Below are positions 40,898 to 51,034 of a stretch of 64,000 bases of DNA, piece after piece. Origin of the DNA: Kofleriaceae bacterium (GTDB lineage Bacteria; Myxococcota_A; Polyangia; Haliangiales; Haliangiaceae); contig CBDCCZ010000038.1 of NCBI GenBank assembly GCA_965215005.1, positions 132,458 to 196,457 of the forward strand. Direction: 5' to 3'. The notes under the pieces are model-generated. The model searched no databases. It saw nothing but the letters and a program-made list of their open reading frames with translations, and was not told the origin of the DNA. The position numbers were made by a program, and so were the translations under genes. Within the stretch, counting starts at the first letter, position 1. Each line of letters opens with the position of its first letter.

Positions 40898-43800
40898 ATG
40901 AACGAATCTACTGACCCAGGAAAGCGAGCCCAGCGCGCCAGTGCTGTCGCGGCGCGCTCTGCCGTGGGAGCGGCCGCCGCACTGCCTCTGTCGCTTGCGG
41001 AGCTTGCACTCGACGCTGTGACGGATGCGATTCTTCTCGAGGACTCGGCGGGTCGGCTGATTTTCGCCAATGATGCGGCACGCGCTCTGTGCGACTTCGC
41101 GCCGACCGCCGAACATCCCGAGGAGCTGGCGGCGCTGATTGCGCGCACGGGGCTTTGCGATGAGCGCCGTCGTTCCGTGGAGGCCGTCGATGGCCCGCGT
41201 TGGCCGGGTCACCTCGCTGTCGCCAGGCGTCGCCCCGTGTCATGCATTCTCCTCATGGGCGGCGCGACGAGCAGCGGCAGTCGGATCATCCGCTTCGAGT
41301 CGACTCCCACGTTCGATGCGCGCGGCGAGCTCCAGCTCATCACACATGTGCTTCGGCCGCTCACCAGCGTTGCAGACCAAGTGCGACGCGCCCAGCTGCA
41401 CGAGCGCGCCGCTGAGCTGTTGCCCGGTGGCCTCGACGTCGCCGAAACCTTTCAGCGGGCGGCGCGTCTGGCGGTGCCGGGGCTTGCCGACGCCTGCGTC
41501 TTGGAGCTCGGAAGCCCCGAGGCAGGCCTCCACGGCGCCAGTGCTCTTGCCCACGGTCGCGGCGACGTTACCGCCATCGGGCGAGCGCTTGCGCAGTTTC
41601 GCGCGGCGCAGCGGCCCGGATGTCCAGCCGCTGCGGTGTTGGCGTCCGGCCAGCCGCAGTTGTTCCAGCTGACCGGCAGCGAGCCAGAGCCGTTGCGCGC
41701 GTTCATCGAAGCGTGTGAAGCAAGCCGTTACGCGCTCGCCCCGCTCTGGGTCGACCAGCAGTTGGCCGGCGTCGTGTGGCTGGGTTTCGAGCCTGCGCGT
41801 CCGCTGCTCCGCGATGGCTGTGAGCTCGAGCTCGCGGGATTGGTGGCCAATCACGTCGGACGCGCTGTCGATAGCGCGCAGCTGTACGAATCGGCGTTGG
41901 AAGCTGGCGAGCGCGCTCGCAACGCAGCGGACTGGTCGGCAAGGCTGCAGCGGTTGGCTTCAGCGCTCACCCAGGCCGCCTCCCTCGAGCAGGTCTCGGA
42001 GCTGGTTGTACGCGAGGCGATGACGGCGCTTGGCGCGACCGCCGGAGCGCTGTTTCGCCTCGATGAGGACACCCAATCCACGAACCTGGTGACCTCGCTA
42101 GGCTATCCGCCAGAGGCGGTGAAGCAGTTTGGCAGCATGCCACTCGCAGTCGCCTCACCGGTCACCGAAGCGGTCACGACTGGGGCGATCTACACCAGCT
42201 CGAGCCACGCAGACCGAGTCGCCCGATTTCCCCACTTGCAATCCCTTCACGAGCAGCTCCCATGGCCCGCCGCTGTCGTGGCTCCGCTGATCTCCGAAGG
42301 GCGCGTGCGCGGCGCGGTCGGCTTCCACTTCGCGCAAGAACGGCAGCTCGATGACGAGCAGCGCGTCTTTCTCGAGACGGTGGCTTCGCATTGCGCGCAG
42401 TCGCTGGAGCGCGCTCGGCTGTACGACGACGAACGGCGCGCGCGAGCCGCCGCCGAAACCGAACAGATGCGCTCAGCGTTTCTGGCCGAGGCGAGCGCGC
42501 TGCTCGCGTCTTCTCTGGACTACGAGACCACCTTAGAACGGGTCGCGCAGATGGCGGTTCCGACCATGGCCGATTGGTGCACCGTCGACATCCTGGAGGC
42601 CGGGGAAATTCGGCCGCGCGTGGTCGCAGTTCATCACACCGACGCTAGCAAGCTGGAGCTGGCAGTCGAGATGCGGCAGCGATTCCCTGCTCCTCCAGAT
42701 GCCTCCGCGGGCGTTCCAGCAGTGATCCGGACCGGCAGGTCGGAGCTTTACGAGGACGTCCCTGACGAGCTGCTGCGCGAGTCGGCGCAGGGTGAAGAGC
42801 ATTACAGACTGATTCGTAGGCTTGGTCTGCGTTCGGCCATCATCGTGCCAGTGCGGTCGTTGCGTGGGGTGCTCGGCGCAATCACGTTCGTCATGTCCGA
42901 GTCCGAGCGCCACTACGAGCCGCAGGACCTGCGCATGGCCGAACAAGTCGGATTGCGCGCTGGCATGGCTATCGAGAACTCGCTGCTTTACGACAACCAA
43001 CGCCGGGCACGCGATGAGGCAGAGAGCGCCGTCAAGCGGACCGCACTGCTGCAGGCTCTCGCCGCATCGCTATCCGCGGCGCTCGCGCCGGAAGACGTGG
43101 CGCGCGCGGCGATTCAACAGGCGGTGGCTGCGTTTCCCGGCTGCACAGGGGCAGCCTTGATTCTCAGCGATCCCGATGGGCTGCGAATCGTCGCCGCGGA
43201 GGGCAGCGGCGAGCGCATGCTCGAGGGTGCCGCAAGTTTGGCTTCGGACGAAGGTCCGCTGCGCCGGGCAATGCGCGAGCTCGAGCTCGTGACCGTGAGC
43301 GATACCTCCGACGATGCCGAGGTCGAGCTGGATACACAAGCTGCTGTCGCCGAGTGGACCATTCTTCCTTTGGCGATCGAGCGCGGAGCGATGGGCGTGA
43401 TCGCGCTGGGCTTCGATGGTCCGGTGCATCCGTCGGCTCAAGATTGCGATCTCATGCTCGCCATCGGCCGTCAGGCCGCGCAGGCGCTCGCCCGCGCGCA
43501 GCACGTCGAAGCGCTCGACGAAGCCCAAGCGCGCTCAGCGGATACCAACCGCACCCTCGAAGCGATCATCAGCGCCTCGCCCGCCGCCATCGTCGTGCTC
43601 GATGAGAGCGGTGGAGTGCGGCGTTGGAACGCTGCGGCCGAGGAGATCTTTGGCTGGTCGGAGGCCGAGGCTGTTGGCCAGTTCTTCCCGCCCGGCAACG
43701 ACTTGCGGCGGGACGATGTGCTCGCCAACATGCATCGGGTTACTGCGGGTGAGCAGCTGGTGGGAATCGAGGCCCGCCGTCGGACCCGCGACGGCCGCGA

Positions 43801-45058
43801 AGTCGACATCGCCGTGTGGGCGGCGCCGGTGCGGCAAGCCGACGGCTCATTGCATTACCTGGCGGTGATGGCTGATATCACCGCTCGAAAGCGCGACGAG
43901 GAAGAGCTGCGCAAGAGTGAGGAGCGGATTCGCCGCGCCTATCTGGCCGCAAAGGAAGCCGAACGGCGCAAAGACGAGTTCTTGGCGATGCTTGGGCACG
44001 AGCTGCGCAACCCGCTCGCTCCCATCGTCACCGCGCTGCAGGTCCTGCGCATGCGGCCCGAGTCGAGTGCAGCCCGCGAACTCACCGTCATCGATCGTCA
44101 GGTGCGCCACTTGTTGCGTCTCGTCGACGATCTGCTCGACGTCTCCCGCATCACGCGCGGCAAGCTGGAAATCCGCCCAGAGCCGGTGGAAATCGCGGAA
44201 GCCATCACCAAGGCGGTAGAGCTGGCAAGTCCGCTGCTCGAGCAGCATCGGCACACGCTCAGCGTCGAGGTGCCGCGTCGCGGCCTCGTGGTCGAAGGCG
44301 ACTCGGTGCGGCTGGCGCAGATCGTCTCGAACCTGCTCACCAACGCCGCCAAGTACACCGAGCCAGGTGGCCACGTGCGCATCCGCGCGGCCAGAGAAAA
44401 CGAATCCGTGGTCATTCGGGTTGCCGACGACGGCATCGGTATTCCCACCGAGCTGTTGCCGCACGTGTTCGAGCTGTTCGTACAGGCGCCGCAGTCTATC
44501 GATCGCGGCATCGGCGGCCTCGGCCTCGGTCTCACGATCGTCAAGCGATTGACCGAGCTGCACCGCGGCTCGGTCGAGGTGCACAGTGAAGGGCGCGGCA
44601 AGGGCAGCGAGTTCACCGTCAAGCTGCCGGTCGCCGCTGCCGAGGTCGATACCGGTCCGATGCCGCAGCTCGAGGCTCCCGGCGAGGCCGGTGCGTCGCA
44701 GCGCATCATGGTCGTCGACGACAACGTCGATGCCGCCGAAATGATGGCCATGGCACTGACCCACAACGGCTACGACACCGCGGTTGCCCACGATGGACCC
44801 AGCGCACTGGCACTGGCCGCCGAGTTTCATCCCGACGTCGCGCTGCTCGACATCGGCCTGCCGGTGATGGATGGCTACGAGCTCGCCCGCCAGCTCTCGA
44901 GCAAGAATGGCGTGGGCCTTCGCTTGATTGCCATCACCGGGTATGGCCAACAAGCCGACATCGATCGCGCCCACGACGCCGGCTTCCACGCCCACTTCGT
45001 CAAACCAGTCGCTCTCTCCACCCTCCTGGCCGCGATTCTCGAGCCCACCGAGAGCTGA
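40898..45058 (+). CDS. Hybrid sensor histidine kinase (PAS, multiple GAF, PAS, HisKA, HATPase, REC)
   Basis: FLAMLGHELRNPL, NLLTNAAKYT, DDGIG, GLGLGL; receiver VVDD..DIGLP..K. Confidence 0.95.
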   Translation: MNESTDPGKRAQRASAVAARSAVGAAAALPLSLAELALDAVTDAILLEDSAGRLIFANDAARALCDFAPTAEHPEELAALIARTGLCDERRRSVEAVDGPRWPGHLAVARRRPVSCILLMGGATSSGSRIIRFESTPTFDARGELQLITHVLRPLTSVADQVRRAQLHERAAELLPGGLDVAETFQRAARLAVPGLADACVLELGSPEAGLHGASALAHGRGDVTAIGRALAQFRAAQRPGCPAAAVLASGQPQLFQLTGSEPEPLRAFIEACEASRYALAPLWVDQQLAGVVWLGFEPARPLLRDGCELELAGLVANHVGRAVDSAQLYESALEAGERARNAADWSARLQRLASALTQAASLEQVSELVVREAMTALGATAGALFRLDEDTQSTNLVTSLGYPPEAVKQFGSMPLAVASPVTEAVTTGAIYTSSSHADRVARFPHLQSLHEQLPWPAAVVAPLISEGRVRGAVGFHFAQERQLDDEQRVFLETVASHCAQSLERARLYDDERRARAAAETEQMRSAFLAEASALLASSLDYETTLERVAQMAVPTMADWCTVDILEAGEIRPRVVAVHHTDASKLELAVEMRQRFPAPPDASAGVPAVIRTGRSELYEDVPDELLRESAQGEEHYRLIRRLGLRSAIIVPVRSLRGVLGAITFVMSESERHYEPQDLRMAEQVGLRAGMAIENSLLYDNQRRARDEAESAVKRTALLQALAASLSAALAPEDVARAAIQQAVAAFPGCTGAALILSDPDGLRIVAAEGSGERMLEGAASLASDEGPLRRAMRELELVTVSDTSDDAEVELDTQAAVAEWTILPLAIERGAMGVIALGFDGPVHPSAQDCDLMLAIGRQAAQALARAQHVEALDEAQARSADTNRTLEAIISASPAAIVVLDESGGVRRWNAAAEEIFGWSEAEAVGQFFPPGNDLRRDDVLANMHRVTAGEQLVGIEARRRTRDGREVDIAVWAAPVRQADGSLHYLAVMADITARKRDEEELRKSEERIRRAYLAAKEAERRKDEFLAMLGHELRNPLAPIVTALQVLRMRPESSAARELTVIDRQVRHLLRLVDDLLDVSRITRGKLEIRPEPVEIAEAITKAVELASPLLEQHRHTLSVEVPRRGLVVEGDSVRLAQIVSNLLTNAAKYTEPGGHVRIRAARENESVVIRVADDGIGIPTELLPHVFELFVQAPQSIDRGIGGLGLGLTIVKRLTELHRGSVEVHSEGRGKGSEFTVKLPVAAAEVDTGPMPQLEAPGEAGASQRIMVVDDNVDAAEMMAMALTHNGYDTAVAHDGPSALALAAEFHPDVALLDIGLPVMDGYELARQLSSKNGVGLRLIAITGYGQQADIDRAHDAGFHAHFVKPVALSTLLAAILEPTES

Positions 45059-45170
45059 TTCCGAGTTCCCGGCCTCGTAACCCCCCAACGCGGCATCCGG
45101 TGACCGCGATCACTGGCGGTTCCGGGCGGAAGTCGTGAAGGGGCTGGAGTTTCGTGCTACGAAACCGGCC

Positions 45171-45680
45171 ATGCGTATTCTGCCTGTTGCAGTGCTGGTC
45201 GCGGCGCTTGGTTCGAGCGCTTGCGGCGGCAAGTCGAAAGAGTCCACTGAGCCGCCTCCGCGCCTGCCCGACGATGAGACTACGGCGACCACGGAGCCTG
45301 CAGAGCCGGCTCCTGCGCCTACGCCAGCGCCGGCGCCCAATCAGCTATCGCCCGAAGAAGCGAGCCAGGTGGCCGACCGAATCGTGGTGCTGATGACCGA
45401 GCTCGGGACCGCGGTCGCGGCGGCGGGGGAGGACTGCAAAGCGGCCACCGCGGCAATCCAAGCCTGGCTCGATCAGCACAGCGATGAGGTCGCCGCGCTC
45501 GACGCGAAGGGCTCGCAGATTCCCCCGCAGTACGCGCAGGAGAACCTGCAAGCGCAGTTCGTTGCCATCAACGCCGAGCAGCAAAAAGTGGCGGTCGTGG
45601 CGTCGAAGTGCCAGGACGACCCGTCGTTCAAGGCGCTGCAAGAGAAGCTTGGAGGCCCGCCGCCTCCGCCGGCTCCGTGA
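45171..45680 (+). CDS. Helical lipoprotein with Cys pair
   Basis: Lipobox GSSAC, Pro-rich linker, DC...KC motif. Confidence 0.75.
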   Translation: MRILPVAVLVAALGSSACGGKSKESTEPPPRLPDDETTATTEPAEPAPAPTPAPAPNQLSPEEASQVADRIVVLMTELGTAVAAAGEDCKAATAAIQAWLDQHSDEVAALDAKGSQIPPQYAQENLQAQFVAINAEQQKVAVVASKCQDDPSFKALQEKLGGPPPPPAP

Positions 45681-46189
45681 GCATTTCAACGCTTCGCGAG
45701 CACTGCGTCGGCAGGTGCGGCGTGGCGGCACTAGCCGTGGCGGTGCTGGTTGCCTGCGGGCGGCCGGCGCCGCGTGAGCCCGCTACTTCTGCTGCTGCGC
45801 CGGTGGCCGCGGTTGCACCGGATGCTGGTGCGATCGCGGCGGCTGTCGGCCATGAGCCAACCTCTGCGATGGAAGCCTCCGAGCGGCAGGCGCGGCGAGC
45901 ATTCGAGCGCCGGTTCGAGCTCCTCGAGCAGCTCGCGGCGCTGATAACCGCTTGGCAAGGAGACTGCGAGGCCCTCGCTGCTGCGGTGTTGGCCTGGCAG
46001 CGCGATCCAGAGCTCCACGAGCTCGATGAGGTGCTCATCGCGGTGCCGCAAGCGTTGGCGCTCGAGCTGACCACCGCAGGGTTTGCTAAGCGGCCCCAAC
46101 TGCACGAGACCTTGGTGGACGGCGCGCGCCGGTGCCGCGGAAATCCCGCCTTTGAGACGGCCGCCACGCGAGTGCCCTCGCCTCGCTAG
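45677..46189 (+). CDS. Helical lipoprotein, apparent paralogue of the preceding gene
   Basis: GTGA overlap, lipobox LVAC, GDC...RC motif. Confidence 0.65.
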   Translation: MSISTLREHCVGRCGVAALAVAVLVACGRPAPREPATSAAAPVAAVAPDAGAIAAAVGHEPTSAMEASERQARRAFERRFELLEQLAALITAWQGDCEALAAAVLAWQRDPELHELDEVLIAVPQALALELTTAGFAKRPQLHETLVDGARRCRGNPAFETAATRVPSPR

Positions 46190-47091
46190 AGTGCGCCGCG
46201 CTCGGCGGCGGACCCGTCGGTCGCCGCTGGATAGGCGGAAAGCCATGGCACGAGGTGCTGTGCGACCGCGTCGGGCTGTTCGAGATGGAGGAAGTGCCCG
46301 GCGTTGGCGATGCGTCGCGACTCGAAGGCCGCTGCGAAGTGCTGTTCTTGCTCGCGCGTGGCCGAGGCGGCGATGCAGCCGTCATTCTCGCCGTGAAGAT
46401 GGAGCGTAGGCACCTCGATGTTGGAGGCGATGGCGGCGCCGGAGCGCAGCCGTCCGAACGCATCGGGGATTGGCCGGGTGAGCGCGCGGTAGTAGGCAAT
46501 GGGCGCCGGCATGCTGGCGGCGAGCGTGGCTTTGAGGCGCTGGCGCGCGTCGCTATCGAGCTCGAACCCTGGTGACCACTGGCGCCACAGCCAATCGACC
46601 AGCGCGAAGTCGCGGCGCGCGAGAAGATGCTCCGGCAGCATCGGGAGCTGGAAGAACATCATGTACCAGCTGCGGCCGAGCTGCGCTGGATGGTGTCGGA
46701 GACTGGCTAGGAAGCTCAGCGGATGCGGCACCGCCATGGTCACTGCCGCGCAAAATCTATCGGGTCGCGCGGCGATGGCGGGATAGGCGGCGGCGGCACC
46801 CCAGTCATGGCCGATGAGGGCGACGGGACGGCGTGGAGATAGCGCTTCGCTCATCTCGATGGCATCGGTTGCCAGCTGCTCGACGTCATAGGGGCCATCG
46901 AGCGTCGAGGGATGATAGCCGCGCATGTAGGGCGCCACCGCCCAGTAACCGGCTTCTGCGAGCACCTCCATGAGCGGCACGAAGCTCTCCGGATGATCGG
47001 GGAACCCGTGGAGGCAGAGGGCGAGCGGGGCGTCGTCGGCACCGCGCTCGATCGCGTAAAACGTGCCCGAGGGAAGCTCTAGAGTCCGCAT
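46186..47091 (-). CDS. Alpha/beta hydrolase (epoxide hydrolase-like)
   Basis: LHGFP, GHDWG, GENDGC, AGHFLH; real start MRTLELPSG at 47091, not the 623-aa ORF start. Confidence 0.9.
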   Translation of the reverse strand: MRTLELPSGTFYAIERGADDAPLALCLHGFPDHPESFVPLMEVLAEAGYWAVAPYMRGYHPSTLDGPYDVEQLATDAIEMSEALSPRRPVALIGHDWGAAAAYPAIAARPDRFCAAVTMAVPHPLSFLASLRHHPAQLGRSWYMMFFQLPMLPEHLLARRDFALVDWLWRQWSPGFELDSDARQRLKATLAASMPAPIAYYRALTRPIPDAFGRLRSGAAIASNIEVPTLHLHGENDGCIAASATREQEQHFAAAFESRRIANAGHFLHLEQPDAVAQHLVPWLSAYPAATDGSAAERGAL

Positions 47092-47233
47092 CTGCCGGCC
47101 AGGGTAGCGCTGTCTGAGCGTGAGCGGAAATGTTGCGGCGCCAGAAGCGACGCTGCGGCATCGCGAGGTCGTCATAGCAGCGGGAGCCCGCTCTCGGCAC
47201 GCGGCAATCACCGCTGCTGCTGGGACGCGCGGC

Positions 47234-48184
47234 TCACCGCACCTGGACGCAGCTGCGATAGTAGCTGCTACCGCCGCGCTCATCGCGCTGCACCAGCCAT
47301 AGCGGCACTGGCCCGGCGTCGTCGGGAGCTTGCCACTCGGTGTAGAGCACCGGCTCGTTGCCGGCAAAGTCGCGCGTGCCGCCCGTGACCTCGGCTTCGA
47401 AGTCGCCGCTGGTGGCATACCAGTCGTAGCTGAGGTTTTCGGTGAACTCGCGGACGTCGCCATCGAAGGTGGGCAACACGTAGTCCTCCCGAGCGCCCGG
47501 CGACTCGACTGGCTCGAGCTCGATGAGCTCACCGGCTGCCACCACCGGCGGCTCCACCGCGTCGCAAGCTCCGAGCGGCAGCGCGAGCTCCTCACCACCG
47601 ATGCGACGCAGCAGCCATGCCTCGAGCGTTGGGTTTCGATTGGCAACCCGCCCCGGCGGCAGCTCGGGCGAGTAAAGCACTTGCTTGGTGCCGAAGATCG
47701 TCGCGTCGGCGGGCGCATCGAGGGCGCGTGCCGACAGCTCGAGCTGCACCGGGACGCCACCGAAGCCAGAAATCGAGCTCTCGGCGATGGCGTCCTCCAG
47801 CACCAACAGCAGCGACGCATCGGCCACCAGCGTGCCGCACGCCTCGACCGACGCAGCACCCGCGGGATCGACGATGCCGTCGCCGATCTCGACCTGCGGT
47901 CGTCCCGGCTCATCGCACCGGCCATCGTCGGTGGGAGCGCAGGCGCGTAGAGTCCACTGCAGGCGCTCGGGCATGGGATTGGCCAGTAGCGCGCACACCC
48001 GGACGTCGGGCAGCTCGAGCTCCGTGGGAGCCATGGGCGCGGCGGGATCGAAGGCAACGATGACCTCCGGTGGCGTGACGGTCATCGCGAGAATGCGCAG
48101 ATCGAGCACGATCGAGCGGGTCTCGAACTCGCCGCAGCCGGCGAGCGTGGTCGCCGCGACCCCGAGCAGTAACAGCCTCACCAT
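47234..48184 (-). CDS. Hypothetical lipoprotein coupled to TonB-dependent receptor
   Basis: Lipobox LAGC; DLRILA.., [10 protein letters not shown]; overlaps receptor stop. Confidence 0.75.
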   Translation of the reverse strand: MVRLLLLGVAATTLAGCGEFETRSIVLDLRILAMTVTPPEVIVAFDPAAPMAPTELELPDVRVCALLANPMPERLQWTLRACAPTDDGRCDEPGRPQVEIGDGIVDPAGAASVEACGTLVADASLLLVLEDAIAESSISGFGGVPVQLELSARALDAPADATIFGTKQVLYSPELPPGRVANRNPTLEAWLLRRIGGEELALPLGACDAVEPPVVAAGELIELEPVESPGAREDYVLPTFDGDVREFTENLSYDWYATSGDFEAEVTGGTRDFAGNEPVLYTEWQAPDDAGPVPLWLVQRDERGGSSYYRSCVQVR

Positions 48185-50899
48185 TGCCCGCGAACCCCTA
48201 ACGTCGGTAGGAACGGCACCCCGGTGACCGGAGCGCGTTCGGCAAAGCGATAGTCGTACTGCACCGCCTCGACATTCTCGGCGCGATAGACGTTTTGGAT
48301 GTCGAGATACGCGCCCAGCTGCCAGGTGTTGAAGAGCCAGGTTCGTTCGGCGCGCACATCGAGCTGATGAAATGTATCGCGCCGGTCGCTGAGACGCGCG
48401 CCGGTGACGGCGTCGTAGGTGCCGCTATCGGCGTCGAACGTGGCGCCGACGATGGGGGTATCGGGCGAGCCTGAGGCGAGTCGAAAGCGACCACCGAGCT
48501 CCCAGCCGCGGTTGGTCTTGTAGCTCGCCACGGCGTTGAGAATGTGGCGTTGGTCGAAGAACGTAGGCGAGTAGTCCTCGTCGCGGTCTCGCTGCTGCCG
48601 TGAGAAGCTGAGGGTGTAGGACAGCCAGCCGTAGAGGTTTTCTGTGACCTCTCGGCGAACGAGTGCTTCGAGTCCCACGGTGTCGCCGCGCCCGCTGTTA
48701 ATGAAGTTGAGGGGTGAGACGCGGCCGGAAACCTCGTCGATGACCGCCTCGTCGGTGGAGAACGCCAAGTCATCGCGATCGATGAGATACACCTCGCCGT
48801 CCAGGGTCCAGTGCTCGAGCGGCTGCCACTCGGCGCCTACGCCGGTGTGGATGGCGCGCTCGAGCTCGAGCTCGGGGTTGCCAAACTCTGGATCGAAGCC
48901 CTCGGGCTGCGGTGCTTGGTGAAACAGGCCCACGTAGCCCTTGGCCAGCCACTGCTCGTTGACGCGAAACCGACCTACCAGCCGCGGATCGATGGAGCTG
49001 CGCGGCTCCCCGGCCAGCAGATATCCATCGATGCGAAGGCCGGGAATCAAGCGCAGTCGCTTGGTGACATCCCAGGCGAGGTCGACATAGGCTGCCACGC
49101 CGAGCAAGTCGATGGCGCGCTCGAGACGCTCTGGATCGATGTCGATGGCGCCGCCGAGCGCGGGAATGTCCTGATCTTGCGGAACCAATAAGTCGTAGCG
49201 AGTGACGCGCGACTCGAGGTCGAGGCCGCCATCGACGAGCAGCGTCGGCGTGAGCGCGCCGCGCACGCGCATGCGATAGCTCAGCGAGTCCTGCACCACG
49301 TCGATGCCGGTGAAGGCCGCGGCGGCGTCGCGCTGCCCGCCGCTAAACGAAACCCGATCGCGCCCCCACGCCGGCGAGAGCGTCAGCCGCAGGTCGCTGC
49401 CGAGCGGCCGCTCGTAGGTGGCGATGACGCGGGTGAAGTCGATCGCGCTGCCGAGATTGAGCGAGCTTTCGGAGTCGGATTGGACGACGTCGAGGCGATC
49501 GGAGGAGCTGAGCACGAACAGCGACGCGCGGCCCTCTTCATGGAGGTCCCAGTCAACTCGCGCCTGCCAGTCCCAGTATGCCGGGGTGACGATGAGCGTC
49601 TCGCCTTCGTCGGGCTCGGGAAGAAAGAAACCGAGGAGAAAATCGAGATAGGAGCGGCGACCGGCGACGGCGACCGAGACGTCCTCGCCCACCGGAAAGC
49701 GCACGTAGCCGCCGGCGTCGAGGATGTCGATGTCGGCGGAGCCGTGCACACCATCTGACTTCGCGGAACGGGTTTCGACGGAGACGATGCCGCCGATGGC
49801 GCGACCGAAGCGGGCGGGAAAGCCGCCGGGGTAGAGATCGATGCTGTCGAGAAACTCGGGGTTGAGAATCGAGGGGCCGCCGAGAAAGTGGAAGATGAGC
49901 GGCACGCGGTGACCATCGATATAGATGCCGCTGTCGTCGGGATTGGAGCCGCGAATGACCAGAAATCCGGTGACGAAGGGCGTGCGCGCCAGTCCCGGCA
50001 GCGACTGAATCACGCGAATGGGATCGCCGAAGGTGCCCGGCACACTGGTGAGCTGCTCACGTCGCAGCGTGCGCCGCGTGACCTCGAGGACTTCGCGCTC
50101 GCCCTCGACGACGGTCTCGTAGGGATTGCCGCCGCGCGGCCGCATCCACAGCCGTAGCTCTACCTTCTCGCCGGGGGCGACGGTGAGAAAGCGGCGAAAG
50201 CGGTCAAAGCCTTCTGCGACGGCGATGATGTCGTAAGAGCCAGCGGCAACCCCGTGGAAGAAGAACCGCCCGTCCGCATCGGTGATGGCGTCGGACGCGA
50301 CGCCCTGCAGGGAAACGATCACGCCCGGGATGGGCCGGCGGGTGCCGCGCTCGAGGGCTTGCCCTTCCACGACCACGGGCGCGTTGACATCGCCCGCATG
50401 GGAGGGCGGACCGGTTGCGGCAGCCGGTGCGTCGGCAGCGGGCTCGGCGACAGACTCTGTCCCACCGTCATCTCGAGAGTCGGACTGCCCGGCTGCCTCG
50501 GGTTGCCCCGATTCTTCGATAACGAAGTGAATGGCGGTTTCCACGGCGATCGGCCCGGGCACACCGTCGTACTCGGCAGGCGCGAACCGATAGGCGCTGG
50601 CGGCGGCAACGGCCGCTTCATCGAAGCCGTTGCCCGCGGGCTGCAGGACCTCGACCTGGGTGACGTTGCCTTGCGCGGTCGATGTGAATCCGCACCGGCA
50701 CCGAGGCCTCGAGCCCGCGCTGCAACGCGTCGGGCGGATATTGCGGAGCGGCGCCTTCGAGTAGCTCGGGCGGTTTGGTCAGCTGCGGCGCGGGCGCGAC
50801 AGTCTCACCTTCTTCGCGACGCGCCTCCTGTGCGTGCGCAGCGACAGGCGCCAGCATCACAGCCAAGAGCGCCACGCGTAGAAGCCACGACCACGACAT
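48178..50899 (-). pseudogene. TonB C-terminal-domain / carboxypeptidase-regulatory-like / TonB-dependent receptor fusion, split by a +1 frameshift near 50677 (possibly sequencing error)
   Basis: Signal plus ..PQYPPDA..VRIHID in one frame continues [22 protein letters not shown] in the next; plug [11 protein letters not shown]; barrel ends LGVRGQW. Confidence 0.85.
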
Positions 50900-51034
50900 T
50901 GACGCGCTCACATTGCCGCGCCGCCGCTACGAAGGACAAGGTGCAGCGGCGGCAATGTAACCGGCACGTGCGGCAGGTTGCAGGTGAGCGCCAGCGGGCA
51001 TCGCGTGCCCTACGTTTGATCGGCGCCGAAGAGC

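Noticed and set aside
47092..48057. N-terminal 320 aa of the 623-aa ORF as a hydrolase fusion
   Set aside because: It is an alternative frame over the lipoprotein gene 47234-48184; hydrolase motifs begin only after ATG 47091.
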